Shown here in pieces: positions 44,301 to 60,900 of a stretch of 64,000 bases of DNA (its first letter is position 1; each line of letters opens with the position of its first letter). The DNA lies in assembly GCA_964016885.1 (NCBI GenBank), contig OZ024744.1, positions 109,678,001 to 109,742,000 of the forward strand, read 5' to 3'. Below the pieces are notes generated by a model. It saw only the letters and a program-made list of their open reading frames with translations. It was not told the origin of the DNA and did not search any database. Origin of the DNA: Eledone cirrhosa. Lineage: Eukaryota. Both the position numbers and the translations under genes were made by a program.

Positions 44301-47300
44301 TGAACCAATAGAGGAAACTAGAGAAATAATATCAGACTGAACCAATACAGGGAACTAGAGAAATAATATCAGACTGAACCAATACAGGGAACTAGAGAAA
44401 TAATATCAGGCTGAACCAATACAGGGAACTAGAGAAATAATATCAGATTGAACCAATAGAGGGAACTAGAGAAATAATATCACACTGAACCAATACAGGG
44501 AACTAGAGAAATAATATCAGACTGAACCAATAGAGGGAACTAGAGAAATAATATCAGATTGAACCAATACAGGGAACTAGAGAAATAATATCACACTGAA
44601 CCAATACAGGGAACTAAAGAAATAATATCAGACTGAACCAATAGAGGGAACTTGAGAAATAATATCAGACTGAACCAATACAGGGAACTAGAGAAATAAT
44701 ATCACACTGAACCAATACAGGGAACTAGAGAAATAATATCAGACTGAACCAATACAGGGAACTAGAGAAATAATATCAGACTGAACCAATAAAGGGAACT
44801 AGAGAAATAATATCAGACTGAACCAATACAGGGAACTAGAGAAATAATATCAGACTGAACCAATACAGGGAACTTGAGAAATAATATCAGACTGAACCAA
44901 CAGAGGGAACTAGAGAAATAATATCAGACTGAACCAATAGAGGGAACTAGAGAAATAATATCAGATTGAACCAATAGAGGGAACTTGAGAAATAATATCA
45001 GACTGAACCAATACAGGGAACTAGAGAAATAATATCAGACTGAACCAATACAGGGAACTAGAGAAATAATATCAGACTGAACCAATACAGGGAACTAGAG
45101 AAATAATATCAGACTGAACCAATACAGGGAACTAGAGAAATAATATCAGACTGAACCAATAGAGGGAACTAGAGAAATAATATCAGACTGAACCAATACA
45201 GGGAACTAGAGAAATAATATCAGACTGAACCAATACAGGGAACTAGAGAAATAATATCAGACTGAACCAATACAGGGAACTAGAGAAATAATATCAGACT
45301 GAACCAACAGAGGGAACTAGAGAAATAATATCATACTGAACCAATACAGGGAACTAGAGAAATAATATCAGGCTGAACCAATACAGGGAACTAGAGAAAT
45401 AATATCAGACTGAACCAATAGAGGGAACTAGAGAAATAATATCAGACTGAACCAATAGAGGGAACTAGAGAAATAATATCAGACTGAACCAATACAGGGA
45501 ACTAGAGAAATAATATCAGACTGAACCAATAGAGGGAACTAGAGAAATAATATCAGACTGAACCAATAGAGGGAACTAGAGAAATAATATCAGACTGAAC
45601 CAATACAGGGAACTAGAGAAATAATATCAGACTGAACCAATACAGGGAACTAGAGAAATAATATCAGGCTGAACCAATACAGGGAACTAGAGAAATAATA
45701 TCAGACTGAACCAATAGAGGGAACTAGAGAAATAATATCAGACTGAACCAATAGAGGGAACTAGAGAAATAATATCAGACTGAACCAACAGAGGGAACTA
45801 GAGAAATAATATCAGACTGAACCAATACAGGGAACTTGAGAAATAATATCAGACTGAACCAATACAGGGAACTAGAGAAATAATATCAGACTGAACCAAT
45901 ACAGGGAACTAGAGAAATAATATCAGACTGAACCAATAGAGGGAACTAGAGAAATAATATCAGACTGAACAAATAGAGGGAACTAGAGAAATAATATCAG
46001 ACTGAACCAATACAGGGAACTAGAGAAATAATATCAGACTGAACCAATACAGGGAACTAGAGAAATAATATCAGGCTGAACAAATAGAGGGAACTAGAGA
46101 AATAATATCAGACTGAACCAATACAGGGAACTAGAGAAATAATATCAGACTGAACCAATAGAGGGAACTAGAGAAATAATATCAGGCTGAACCAATACAG
46201 GGAACTAGAGAAATAATATCAGACTGAACCAATACAGGGAACTAGAGAAATAATATCAGACCGAACCAATACAGGGAACTAGAGAAATAATATCAGACTG
46301 AACCAATACAGGGAACTTGAGAAATAATATCAGGCTGAACAAATAGAGGGAACTAGAGAAATAATATCAGACTGAACCAATACAGGGAACTAGAGAAATA
46401 ATATCAGACTGAACCAATACAGGGAACTAGAGAAATAATATCAGACTGAACCAATAGAGGGAACTAGAGAAATAATATCAGGCTGAACCAACAGAGGGAA
46501 CTAGAGAAATAATATCAGACTGAACAATACAGGGAACTAGAGAAATAATATCAGACTGAACCCATACAGAGAACTAGAGAAATAATATCAGACTGAACCA
46601 ATACAGGGAACGAGAGAAATAATATCAGACTGAACCAATGCAGGGAACTAGAGAAATAATATCAGACTGAACCAATAGAGGGAACTAGAGAAATAATATC
46701 AGACTGAACCAATACAGGGAACTAGAGAAATAATATCAGACTGAACCAATACAGGGAACTAGAGAAATAATATCAGACTGAACCAATACAGGGAACTAGA
46801 GAAATAATATCAGACTGAACCAATACAGGGAACTAGAGAAATAATATCAGACTGAACCAATAGAGGGAACTAGAGAAATAATATCAGGCTGAACAAATAG
46901 AGGGAACTAGAGAAATAATATCAGACTGAACCAATACAGGGAACTAGAGAAATAATATCAGACTGAACCAATACAGGGAACTAGAGAAATAATATCAGGC
47001 TGAACAAATAGAGGGAACTAGAGAAATAAAATCAGACTGAACAAATACAGGGAACTACAGAAATAATATCAGACTGAACCAATAGAGGGAACTAGAGAAA
47101 TAATATCAGGCTGAACCAATAAAGGGAACTAGAGAAATAATATCAGACTGAACCAATACAGGGAACTTGAGAAATAATATCAGGCTGAACAAATAGAGGG
47201 AACTAGAGAAATAATATCAGACTGAACAAATACAGGGAACTAGAGAAATAATATCAGACTGAACCAATACAGGGAACTAGAGAAATAATATCAGGCTGAA

Positions 47301-48961
47301 CCAATAGAGGGAACTAGAGAAATAATATCAGACTGAACCAATACAGGGAACTAGAGAAATAATATCAGACTGAACCAATACAGGGAACTAGAGAAATAAT
47401 ATCAGACTGAACCAATACAGGGAACTAGAGAAATAATATTAGACTGAACCAATACAGGGAACTAGAGAAATAATATCAGACTGAACCAATACAGGGAACT
47501 AGAGAAATAATATCAGACTGAACCAATAGAGGGAACTTGAGAAATAATATCAGACTGAACCAATAGAGGGAACTTGAGAAATAATATCAGACTGAACCAA
47601 TACAGGGAAATAGAGAAATAATATCAGACTGAACCAATAGAGGGAACTAGAGAAATAATATCAGACTCAACCAATACAGGGAACTTGAGAAATAATATCA
47701 GACTGAACCAATAGAGGGAACTAGAGAAATAATATCAGACTCAACCAATACAGGGAACTTGAGAAATAATATCAGACTGAACCAATACAGGGAACTAGAG
47801 AAATAATATCAGACTGAACCAATACAGGGAACTAGAGAAATAATATCAGACTGAACAAATAGAGGGAACTAGAGAAATAATATCAGACTGAACCAATACA
47901 GGGAACTAGAGAAATAATATCAGACTGAACCAATACAGGGAACTAGAGAAATAATATCAGACTGAACAAATACAGGGAACTAGAGAAGTAATATCAGACT
48001 GAACCAATACAAGGAACTAGAGAAATAATATCAGACTGAACCAATACAGGGAACTAGAGAAATAATATCAGACTGAACCAATAGAGGGAACTAGAGAAAT
48101 AATATCAGACTGAACCAATACAGGGAACTAGAGAAATAATATCAGACTGAACCAATACAGGGAACTTGAGAAATAATATCAGACTGAACCAATAGAGGGA
48201 ACTAGAGAAATAATATCAGACTGAACCAATACAGGGAACTAGAGAAATAATATCAGACTGAACCAATAGAGGGAACTAGAGAAATAATATCAGACTGAAC
48301 CAATACAGGGAACTTGAGAAATAATATCAGGCTGAACAAATAGAGGGAACTAGAGAAATAATATCAGACTGAACAAATACAGGGAACTAGAGAAATAATA
48401 TCAGACTGAACCAATAGAGGGGACTAGAGAAATAATATCAGACTGAACCAACAGAGGGAACTAGAGAAATAATATCAGGCTGAACCAATACAGGGAACTA
48501 GAGAAATAATATCAGGCTGAACCAATACAGGGAACTAGAGAAATAATATCAGACTGAACCAATAGAGGGAACTAGAGAAATAATATCAGACTGAACCAAT
48601 ACAGGGAACTAGAGAAATAATATCAGACTGAACCAATAGAGGGAACTAGAGAAATAATATCAGACTGAACAAATACAGGGAACTAGAGAAATAATATCAG
48701 GCTGAACCAATACAGGGAACTAGAGAAATAATATCAGACTGAACCAATAGAGGGAACTAGAGAAATAATATCAGACTGAACCAATACAGGGAACTAGAGA
48801 AATAATATCAGACTGAACCAATACAGGGAACTTGAGAAGTATTATCAGACTGAACCAATACAGGGAACTAGAGAAATAATATCAGACTGAACCAATACAG
48901 GGAACTAGAGAAATAATATCAGACTGAACCAATAGAGGGAACTAGAGAAATAATATCAGAC
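38346..48961. repeat. Transitional satellite domain with nested, less regular duplications
   Basis: The 38-bp marker is absent. A 36-bp monomer TGAACAATAC followed by GAACCCATA occurs at 40566, 42008 and 46521. GGGACCTAG variants cluster at 40.7-43.0 kb. Block 38.7-40.6 kb is echoed at 44.0-46.6 kb (GACAAAACC 38753/44042, GAACTAAAG ~39322/44611, AGACCGAA ~40303/46258). Confidence 0.75.
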
Positions 48962-51900
48962 TGAACCAATACAGGGAACTTGAGAAGTATTATCAGACTG
49001 AACCAATACAGGGAACTAGAGAAATAATATCAGACTGAACCAATACAGGGAACTAGAGAAATAATATCAGACTGAACCAATAGAGGGAACTAGAGAAATA
49101 ATATCAGACTGAACCAATACAGGGAACTAGAGAAATAATATCAGACTGAACCAATACAGGGAACTAGAGAAATAATATCAGACTGAACCAATACAGGGAA
49201 CTAGAGAAATAATATTAGACTGAACCAATAGAGGGAACTAGAGAAATAATATCAGACTGAACCAATACAAGGAACTAGAGAAATAATATCAGTCTGAACC
49301 AATACAGGGAACTAGAGAAATAATATCAGACTGAACCAATAGAGGGAACTAGAGAAATAATATCAGACTGAACAAATACAGGGAACTAGAGAAATAATAT
49401 CAGACTGAACCAATAGAGGGACCTAGAGAAATAATATCAGACTGAACCAATAGAGGGAACTAGAGAAATAATATCAGACTGAACCAATAGAGGGGACTAG
49501 AGAAATAATATCAGACTGAACCAACAGAGGGAACTAGAGAAATAATATCAGGCTGAACCAACAGAGGGAACTAGAGAAATAATATTAGGCTGAACCAATA
49601 CAGGGAACTAGAGAAATATTATCAGACTGAACCAATACAGGGAACTAGAGAAATAATATCAGACTGAACTAATACAGGGAACTAGAGAAATAATATCAGA
49701 CTGAACCAATAGAGGGAACAAGAGAAATAATATCAGACTGAACCAATACAAGGAACTAGAGAAATAATATCAGACTGAACCAATACAGGGAACTAGAGAA
49801 ATATTATCAGACTGAACCAATACAGGGAACTTGAGAAATAATATCAGGCTGAACCAATAGAGGGAACAAGAGAAATAATATCAGACTGAACCAATACAGG
49901 GAACAAGAGAAATAATATTAGACTGAACCAATACAGGGAACTAGAGAAATAATATCAGACTGAACTAATACAGGGAACTAGAGAAATAATATCAGACTGA
50001 ACCAATACAGGGAACTAGAGAAATAATATCACACTGAACCAATAGAGGGAACAAGAGAAATAATATCAGACTGAACCAATACAGGGAACTAGAGAAATAA
50101 TATTAGACTGAACCAATACAGGGAACTAGAGAAATAATATCAGACTGAACCAATAGAGGGAACAAGAGAAATAATATCAGACTGAACCAATACAGGGAAT
50201 TAGAGAAATAATATCAGATTGAACCAATACAGGGAACTAGAGAAATAATATCAGACTGAACCAATACAGGGAACTAGAGAAATAATATCAGACTGAAACA
50301 ATACAGGGAACTAGAGAAATAATATCAGACTGAACCAATACAGGGAACTAGAGAAATAATATCAGACTGAACCAATACAAGGAACTAGAGAAATAATATC
50401 AGACTGAACCAATACAGGGAACTAGAGAAATAATATCAGACTGAACAAATAGAGGGAACTTGAGAAATAATATCAGACTGAACCAATACAGGGAACTAGA
50501 GAAATAATATCAGACTGAACCAATAGAGGGAACTAGAGAAATAATATCAGACTGAACCAATACAGGGAAGAGAGAAATAATATCAGACTGAACAAATAGA
50601 GGGAACTTGAGAAATAATATCAGACTGAACCAATACAAGGAACTAGAGAAATAATATCAGACTGAACCAATACAGGGAACTAGAGAAGTAATATCAGACT
50701 GAACCAATACAAGGAACTAGAGAAATAATATCAGACTGAACCAATACAAGGAACTAGAGAAATAATATCAGACTGAACCAATAGAGGGAACTTTAGAAAT
50801 AATATCAGGCTGAACCAATAGAGGGAACTACAGAAATAATATCAGACTGAACCAATACAGAAAACTAGAGAAATAATATCAGACTGAACAAATAGAGGGA
50901 AATTGAGAAATAATATCAGACTGAACCAATAGAGGGAACTAGAGAAATAATATCAGACTGAACCAATACAGGGAACTAGAGAAATAATATCAGACTGAAC
51001 CAATACAGGGAACTAGAGAAATAATATCAGACTGAACCAATACAGGGAACTAGAGAAATAATATCAGACTGAACCAATACAGGGAACTAGAGAAATAATA
51101 TCAGACTGAACCAATAGAGGGAACTAGAGAAATAATATCAGACTGAACCAATAGAGGGAACTAGAGAAATAATATCAGACTGAACCAATACAGGGAACTA
51201 GAGAAATAATATCAGACTGAACCAATACAGGGAACTAGAGAAATAATATCAGACTGAACCAATACAAGGAACTAGAGAAATAATATCAGACTGAACCAAT
51301 ACAGGGAACTAGAGAAATAATATCAGACTGAACCAATAGAGGGAACTAGAGAAATAATATCAGACTGAACAAATAGAGGGAACTAGAGAAATATTATCAG
51401 ACTGAACCAATACAGGGAACTAGAGAAATAATATCAGACTGAACCAATACAAGGAACTAGAGAAATAATATCAGACTGAACCAATACAAGGAACTAGAGA
51501 AATAATATCAGACTGAACCAATATAGGGAACTAGAGAAATAATATCAGACTGAACCAGTACAAAGAACTAGAGAAATAATATCAGACTGAACCAATACAA
51601 GGAACCTGAGAAATAATATCAGACTGAACCAATAGAGGGAACTAGAGAAATATTATCAGACTGAACCAATACAGGGAACTAGAGAAATAATATCACACTG
51701 AACCAATACAGGGAACTAGAGAAATAATATCACACTGAACCAATACAGGGAACTAGAGAAATAATATCAGACTGAACCAATACAGGGAACTAGAGAAATA
51801 ATATCAGACTGAACAAATACAGGGGACTAGAGAAATAATATCACACTGAACCAATACAAGGAACTAGAGAAATAATATCAGACTGAACCAATACAGGGAA

Positions 51901-54900
51901 CTAGAGAAATAATATCAGACTGAACCAATACAGGTAACTAGAGAAATAATATCAGACTGAACCAACAGAGGGAACTTGAGAAATAATATCAGACTGAACC
52001 AATACAGGGAACTAGAGAAATAATATCAGACTGAACCAATAGAGGGAACTTGAGAAATAATATCAGACTGAACCAATACAGGGAACTAGAGAAATAATAT
52101 CAGACTGAACAAATAGAGGGAACTAGAGAAATAATATCAGACTGAACAAATAGAGGGAACTTGAGAAATAATATCAGACTGAACAAATAGAGGGAACTTG
52201 AGAAATAATATCAGACTGAACAAATAGAGGGAACTAGAGAAATAATATCAGACTGAACCAATACAGGGAACTAGAGAAATAATATCAGACTGAACCAATA
52301 CAGGGAATTAGAGAAATAATATCAGACTGAACCAACAGAGGGAACTTGAGAAATAATATCAGACTGAACCAATACAGGGAACTAGAGAAATAATATCAGA
52401 CTGAACCAATAGAGGGAACTTGAGAAATAATATCAGACTGAACCAATACAGGGAACTAGAGAAATAATATCAGACTGAACAAATAGAGGGAACTTGAGAA
52501 ATAATATCAGACTGAACAAATAGAGGGAACTTGAGAAATAATATCAGACTGAACAAATAGAGGGAACTAGAGAAATAATATCAGACTGAACAAATAGAGG
52601 GAACCTGAGAAATAATATCAGACTGAACAAATAGAGGGAACTTGAGAAATAATATCAGACTGAACAAATAGAGGGAACTAGAGAAATAATATCAGACTGA
52701 ACCAATACAGGGAACTAGAGAAATAATATCAGACTGAACAAATACAGGGAACTAGAGAAATAATATCAGACTGAACCAATACAGGGGACTAGAGAAATAA
52801 TATCAGACTGAACAAATAGAGGGAACTAGAGAAATAATATCAGACTGAACAAATAGAGGGAACTTGAGAAATAATATCAGACTGAACAAATAGAGGGAAC
52901 TAGAGAAATAATATCAGACTGACCCAATACAAGGAACTAGAGAAATAATATCAGACTGAACAAATACAGGGAACTAGAGAAATAATATCAGACTGAACCA
53001 ATACAGGGGACTAGAGAAATAATATCAGACTGAACAAATAGAGGGAACTAGAGAAATAATATCAGAGTGAACCAATAGAGGGAACTAGAGAAATAATATC
53101 AGACCGAACCAGTAGAGGGAACTAGAGAAATAATATCAGACTGAACCAATACAGGGAACTAGAGAAATAATATCAGACTGAACCAATAGAGGGAACTAGA
53201 GAAATAATATCAGACTGAACCAATAGAGGGAACTAGAGAAATAATATCAGACTGAACCAATACAGGGAACTTGAGAAATAATATCAGACTGAACCAATAC
53301 AGGGAACTTGAGAAATAATATCAGACTGAACCAATACAGGGAACTAGAGAAATAATATCAGACTGAACAAATAGAGGGAACTAGAGAAATAATATCAGAC
53401 TGAACAAATAGAGGGAACTAGAGAAATAATATCAGATTGAACCAATACAGGGAACTAGAGAAATAATATCATACTGAACCAATACAGGGAACTAGAGAAA
53501 TAATATCAGACTGAACCAATACAGGGAACTAGAGAAATAATATCAGACTGAACCAATACAGGGAACTAGAAAAATAATATCAGACTGAACAAATACAGGG
53601 GACTAGAGAAATAATATCACACTGAACAAATACAGGGAACTAGAGAAATAATATCAGACTGAACCAATACAGGGTACTAGAGAAATAATATCAGACTGAA
53701 CCAACAGAGGGAACTTGAGAAATAATATCAGACTGAACCAATACAGGGAACTAGAGAAATAATATCAGACTGAACCAACACAGGGAACTAGAGAAATAAT
53801 ATCAGACTGAACCAATACAGGGAACTAGAGAAATAATATCAGACTGAACCAATACAGGGAACTAGAGAAATAATATCAGACTGAACCAACACAGGGAACT
53901 AGAGAAATAATATCAGACTGAACCAACACAGGGAACTAGAGAAATAATATCAGACTGAACCAATACAGGGAACTAGAGAAATAATATCAGACTGAACCAA
54001 TACAGGGAACTAGAGAAATAATATCAGACTGAACCAATACAGGGAACTAGAGAAATAATATCAGACTGAACCAATACAGGGAACTAGAGAAATAATATCA
54101 GACTGAACCAATACAGGGAACTAGATAAATAATATCAGACTGAACCAATACAGGGAACTAGAAAAATAATATCAGACTGAACCAACACAGGGAACTAGAG
54201 AAATAATATCAGACTGAACCAATACAGGGAACTAGAGAAATAATATCAGACTGAACCAATACAGGGAACTAGAGTAATAATATCAGACTGAACCAATACA
54301 GGGAACTAGAGAAATAATATCAGACTGAACCAATAGAGGGAACTTGAGAAATAATATCAGACTGAACCAATACAGGGAACTAGAGAAATAATATCAGACT
54401 GAACCAATACAGGGAACTAGAGAAATAATATCAGACTGAACCAATACAGGGAATTAGAGAAATAATATCAGACTGAACCAACAGAGGGAACTTGAGAAAT
54501 AATATCAGACTGAACCAATACAGGGAACTAGAGAAATAATATCAGACTGAACCAATAGAGGGAACTTGAGAAATAATATCAGACTGAACCAATACAGGGA
54601 ACTAGAGAAATAATATCAGACTGAACAAATAGAGGGAACTTGAGAAATAATATCAGACTGAACAAATAGAGGGAACTTGAGAAATAATATCAGACTGAAC
54701 AAATAGAGGGAACTAGAGAAATAATATCAGACTGAACAAATAGAGGGAACCTGAGAAATAATATCAGACTGAACAAATAGAGGGAACTTGAGAAATAATA
54801 TCAGACTGAACAAATAGAGGGAACTAGAGAAATAATATCAGACTGAACCAATACAGGGAACTAGAGAAATAATATCAGACTGAACAAATACAGGGAACTA

Positions 54901-57900
54901 GAGAAATAATATCAGACTGAACCAATACAGGGGACTAGAGAAATAATATCAGACTGAACAAATAGAGGGAACTAGAGAAATAATATCAGACTGAACAAAT
55001 AGAGGGAACTTGAGAAATAATATCAGACTGAACAAATAGAGGGAACTAGAGAAATAATATCAGACTGACCCAATACAAGGAACTAGAGAAATAATATCAG
55101 ACTGAACAAATACAGGGAACTAGAGAAATAATATCAGACTGAACCAATACAGGGGACTAGAGAAATAATATCAGACTGAACAAATAGAGGGAACTAGAGA
55201 AATAATATCAGACTGAACCAATAGAGGGAACTAGAGAAATAATATCAGACCGAACCAGTAGAGGGAACTAGAGAAATAATATCAGACTGAACCAATACAG
55301 GGAACTAGAGAAATAATATCAGACTGAACCAATAGAGGGAACTAGAGAAATAATATCAGACTGAACCAATAGAGGGAACTAGAGAAATAATATCAGACTG
55401 AACCAATACAGGGAACTTGAGAAATAATATCAGACTGAACCAATACAGGGAACTTGAGAAATAATATCAGACTGAACCAATACAGGGAACTAGAGAAATA
55501 ATATCAGACTGAACAAATAGAGGGAACTAGAGAAATAATATCAGACTGAACAAATAGAGGGAACTAGAGAAATAATATCAGATTGAACCAATACAGGGAA
55601 CTAGAGAAATAATATCATACTGAACCAATACAGGGAACTTGAGAAATAATATCAGACTGAACCAATACAGGGAACTAGAGAAATAATATCAGACTGAACC
55701 AATACAGGGAACTAGAAAAATAATATCAGACTGAACAAATACAGGGGACTAGAGAAATAATATCACACTGAACAAATACAGGGAACTAGAGAAATAATAT
55801 CAGACTGAACCAATACAGGGTACTAGAGAAATAATATCAGACTGAACCAACAGAGGGAACTTGAGAAATAATATCAGACTGAACCAATACAGGGAACTAG
55901 AGAAATAATATCAGACTGAACCAACACAGGGAACTAGAGAAATAATATCAGACTGAACCAATACAGGGAACTAGAGAAATAATATCAGACTGAACCAATA
56001 CAGGGAACTAGAGAAATAATATCAGACTGAACCAACACAGGGAACTAGAGAAATAATATCAGACTGAACCAACACAGGGAACTAGAGAAATAATATCAGA
56101 CTGAACCAATACAGGGAACTAGAGAAATAATATCAGACTGAACCAATACAGGGAACTAGAGAAATAATATCAGACTGAACCAATACAGGGAACTAGAGAA
56201 ATAATATCAGACTGAACCAATACAGGGAACTAGAGAAATAATATCAGACTGAACCAATACAGGGAACTAGAGAAATAATATCAGACTGAACCAATACAGG
56301 GAACTAGAGAAATAATATCAGACTGAACCAACACAGGGAACTAGAGAAATAATATCAGACTGAACCAATACAGGGAACTAGAGAAATAATATCAGACTGA
56401 ACCAATACAGGGAACTAGAGAAATAATATCAGACTGAACCAATACAGGGAACTAGAGAAATAATATCAGACTGAACCAATAGAGGGAACTTGAGAAATAA
56501 TATCAGACTGAACCAATACAGGGAACTAGAGAAATAATATCAGACTGAACAAATAGAGGGAACTTGAGAAATAATATCAGACTGAACAAATAGAGGGAAC
56601 TTGAGAAATAATATCAGACTGAACAAATAGAGGGAACTAGAGAAATAATATCAGACTGAACAAATAGAGGGAACTTGAGAAATAATATCAGACTGAACAA
56701 ATAGAGGGACCTAGAGAAATAATATCAAACTGAACCAATAGAGGGAACTAGAGAAATAATATCAGACTGAACCAATAGAGGGGACTAGAGAAATAATATC
56801 AGACTGAACCAATACAGGGAACTTGAGAAGTATTATCAGACTGAACCAATACAGGGAACTAGAGAAATAATATCAGACTGAACCAATACAGGGAACTAGA
56901 GAAATAATATCAACTGAACCAATAGAGGGAACTAGAGAAATAATATCAGACTGAACCAATACAGGGAACTAGAGAAATAATATCAGACTGAACCAATACA
57001 GGGAACTAGAGAAATAATATCAGACTGAACCAATACAGGGAACTAGAGAAATAATATTAGACTGAACCAATAGAGGGAACTAGAGAAATAATATCAGACT
57101 GAACCAATACAAGGAACTAGAGAAATAATATCAGTCTGAACCAATACAGGGAACTAGAGAAATAATATCAGACTGAACCAATAGAGGGAACTAGAGAAAT
57201 AATATCAGACTCAACCAATAGAGGGAACTAGAGAAATAATATCAGACTGAACAAATACAGGGAACTAGAGAAATAATATCAGACTGAACCAATAGAGGGA
57301 CCTAGAGAAATAATATCAGACTGAACCAATAGAGGGAACTAGAGAAATAATATCAGACTGAACCAATAGAGGGGACTAGAGAAATAATATCAGACTGAAC
57401 CAACAGAGGGAACTAGAGAAATAATATCAGGCTGAACCAACAGAGGGAACTAGAGAAATAATATTAGGCTGAACCAATACAGGGAACTAGAGAAATATTA
57501 TCAGACTGAACCAATACAGGGAACTAGAGAAATAATATCAGACTGAACTAATACAGGGAACTAGAGAAATAATATCAGACTGAACCAATAGAGGGAACAA
57601 GAGAAATAATATCAGACTGAACCAATACAAGGAACTAGAGAAATAATATCAGACTGAACCAATACAGGGAACTAGAGAAATATTATCAGACTGAACCAAT
57701 ACAGGGAACTTGAGAAATAATATCAGGCTGAACCAATAGAGGGAACAAGAGAAATAATATCAGACTGAACCAATACAGGGAACTAGAGAAATAATATTAG
57801 ACTGAACCAATACAGGGAACTAGAGAAATAATATCAGACTGAACTAATACAGGGAACTAGAGAAATAATATCAGACTGAACCAATACAGGGAACTAGAGA

Positions 57901-60900
57901 AATAATATCACACTGAACCAATAGAGGGAACAAGAGAAATAATATCAGACTGAACCAATACAGGGAACTAGAGAAATAATATTAGACTGAACCAATACAG
58001 GGAACTAGAGAAATAATATCAGACTGAACCAATAGAGGGAACAAGAGAAATAATATCAGACTGAACCAATACAGGGAACTAGAGAAATAATATCAGACTG
58101 AACCAATACAGGGAACTAGAGAAATAATATCAGACTGAACCAATACAGGGAACTAGAGAAATAATATCAGACTGAAACAATACAGGGAACTAGAGAAATA
58201 ATATCAGACTGAACCAATACAGGGAACTAGAGAAATAATATCAGACTGAACCAATACAAGGAACTAGAGAAATAATATCAGACTGAACCAATACAGGGAA
58301 CTAGAGAAATAATATCAGACTGAACAAATAGAGGGAACTTGAGAAATAATATCAGACTGAACCAATACAGGGAACTAGAGAAATAATATCAGACTGAACC
58401 AATAGAGGGAACTAGAGAAATAATATCAGACTGAACCAATACAGGGAACTAGAGAAATAATATCAGACTGAACAAATAGAGGGAACTTGAGAAATAATAT
58501 CAGACTGAACCAATACAAGGAACTAGAGAAATAATATCAGACTGAACCAATACAGGGAACTAGAGAAGTAATATCAGACTGAACCAATACAAGGAACTAG
58601 AGAAATAATATCAGACTGAACCAATACAAGGAACTAGAGAAATAATATCAGACTGAACCAATAGAGGGAACTTTAGAAATAATATCAGGCTGAACCAATA
58701 GAGGGAACTACAGAAATAATATCAGACTGAACCAATACAGAAAACTAGAGAAATAATATCAGACTGAACAAATAGAGGGAACTTGAGAAATAATATCAGA
58801 CTGAACCAATAGAGGGAACTAGAGAAATAATATCAGACTGAACAAATAGAGGGAACTAGAGAAATATTATCAGACTGAACCAATACAGGGAACTAGAGAA
58901 ATAATATCAGACTGAACCAATACAAGGAACTAGAGAAATAATATCAGACTGAACCAATACAAGGAACTAGAGAAATAATATCAGACTGAACCAATATAGG
59001 GAACTAGAGAAATAATATCAGACTGAACCAGTACAAGGAACTAGAGAAATAATATCAGACTGAACCAATACAAGGAACTTGAGAAATAATATCAGACTGA
59101 ACCAATAGAGGGAACTAGAGAAATATTATCAGACTGAACCAATACAGGGAACTAGAGAAATAATATCACACTGAACCAATACAGGGAACTAGAGAAATAA
59201 TATCACACTGAACCAATACAGGGAACTAGAGAAATAATATCAGACTGAACCAATACAGGGAACTAGAGAAATAATATCAGACTGAACAAATACAGGGGAC
59301 TAGAGAAATAATATCACACTGAACCAATACAAGGAACTAGAGAAATAATATCAGACTGAACCAATACAGGGAACTAGAGAAATAATATCAGACTGAACCA
59401 ATACAGGGAACTAGAGAAATAATATCAGACTGAACCAACAGAGGGAACTTGAGAAATAATATCAGACTGAACCAATACAGGGAACTAGAGAAATAATATC
59501 AGACTGAACCAATAGAGGGAACTTGAGAAATAATATCAGACTGAACCAATACAGGGAACTAGAGAAATAATATCAGACTGAACAAATAGAGGGAACTAGA
59601 GAAATAATATCAGACTGAACAAATAGAGGGAACTTGAGAAATAATATCAGACTGAACAAATAGAGGGAACTTGAGAAATAATATCAGACTGAACAAATAG
59701 AGGGAACTAGAGAAATAATATCAGACTGAACCAATACAGGGAACTAGAGAAATAATATCAGACTGAACCAATACAGGGAATTAGAGAAATAATATCAGAC
59801 TGAACCAACAGAGGGAACTTGAGAAATAATATCAGACTGAACCAATACAGGGAACTAGAGAAATAATATCAGACTGAACCAATAGAGGGAACTTGAGAAA
59901 TAATATCAGACTGAACCAATACAGGGAACTAGAGAAATAATATCAGACTGAACAAATAGAGGGAACTTGAGAAATAATATCAGACTGAACAAACAGAGGG
60001 AACTTGAGAAATAATATCAGACTGAACAAATAGAGGGAACTAGAGAAATAATATCAGACTGAACAAATAGAGGGAACCTGAGAAATAATATCAGACTGAA
60101 CAAATAGAGGGAACTTGAGAAATAATATCAGACTGAACAAATAGAGGGAACTAGAGAAATAATATCAGACTGAACCAATACAGGGAACTAGAGAAATAAT
60201 ATCAGACTGAACAAATACAGGGAACTAGAGAAATAATATCAGACTGAACCAATACAGGGGACTAGAGAAATAATATCAGACTGAACAAATAGAGGGAACT
60301 AGAGAAATAATATCAGACTGAACAAATAGAGGGAACTTGAGAAATAATATCAGACTGAACAAATAGAGGGAACTAGAGAAATAATATCAGACTGACCCAA
60401 TACAAGGAACTAGAGAAATAATATCAGACTGAACAAATACAGGGAACTAGAGAAATAATATCAGACTGAACCAATACAGGGGACTAGAGAAATAATATCA
60501 GACTGAACAAATAGAGGGAACTAGAGAAATAATATCAGACTGAACCAATAGAGGGAACTAGAGAAATAATATCAGACCGAACCAGTAGAGGGAACTAGAG
60601 AAATAATATCAGACTGAACCAATACAGGGAACTAGAGAAATAATATCAGACTGAACCAATAGAGGGAACTAGAGAAATAATATCAGACTGAACCAATAGA
60701 GGGAACTAGAGAAATAATATCAGACTGAACCAATACAGGGAACTTGAGAAATAATATCAGACTGAACCAATACAGGGAACTTGAGAAATAATATCAGACT
60801 GAACCAATACAGGGAACTAGAGAAATAATATCAGACTGAACAAATAGAGGGAACTAGAGAAATAATATCAGACTGAACAAATAGAGGGAACTAGAGAAAT

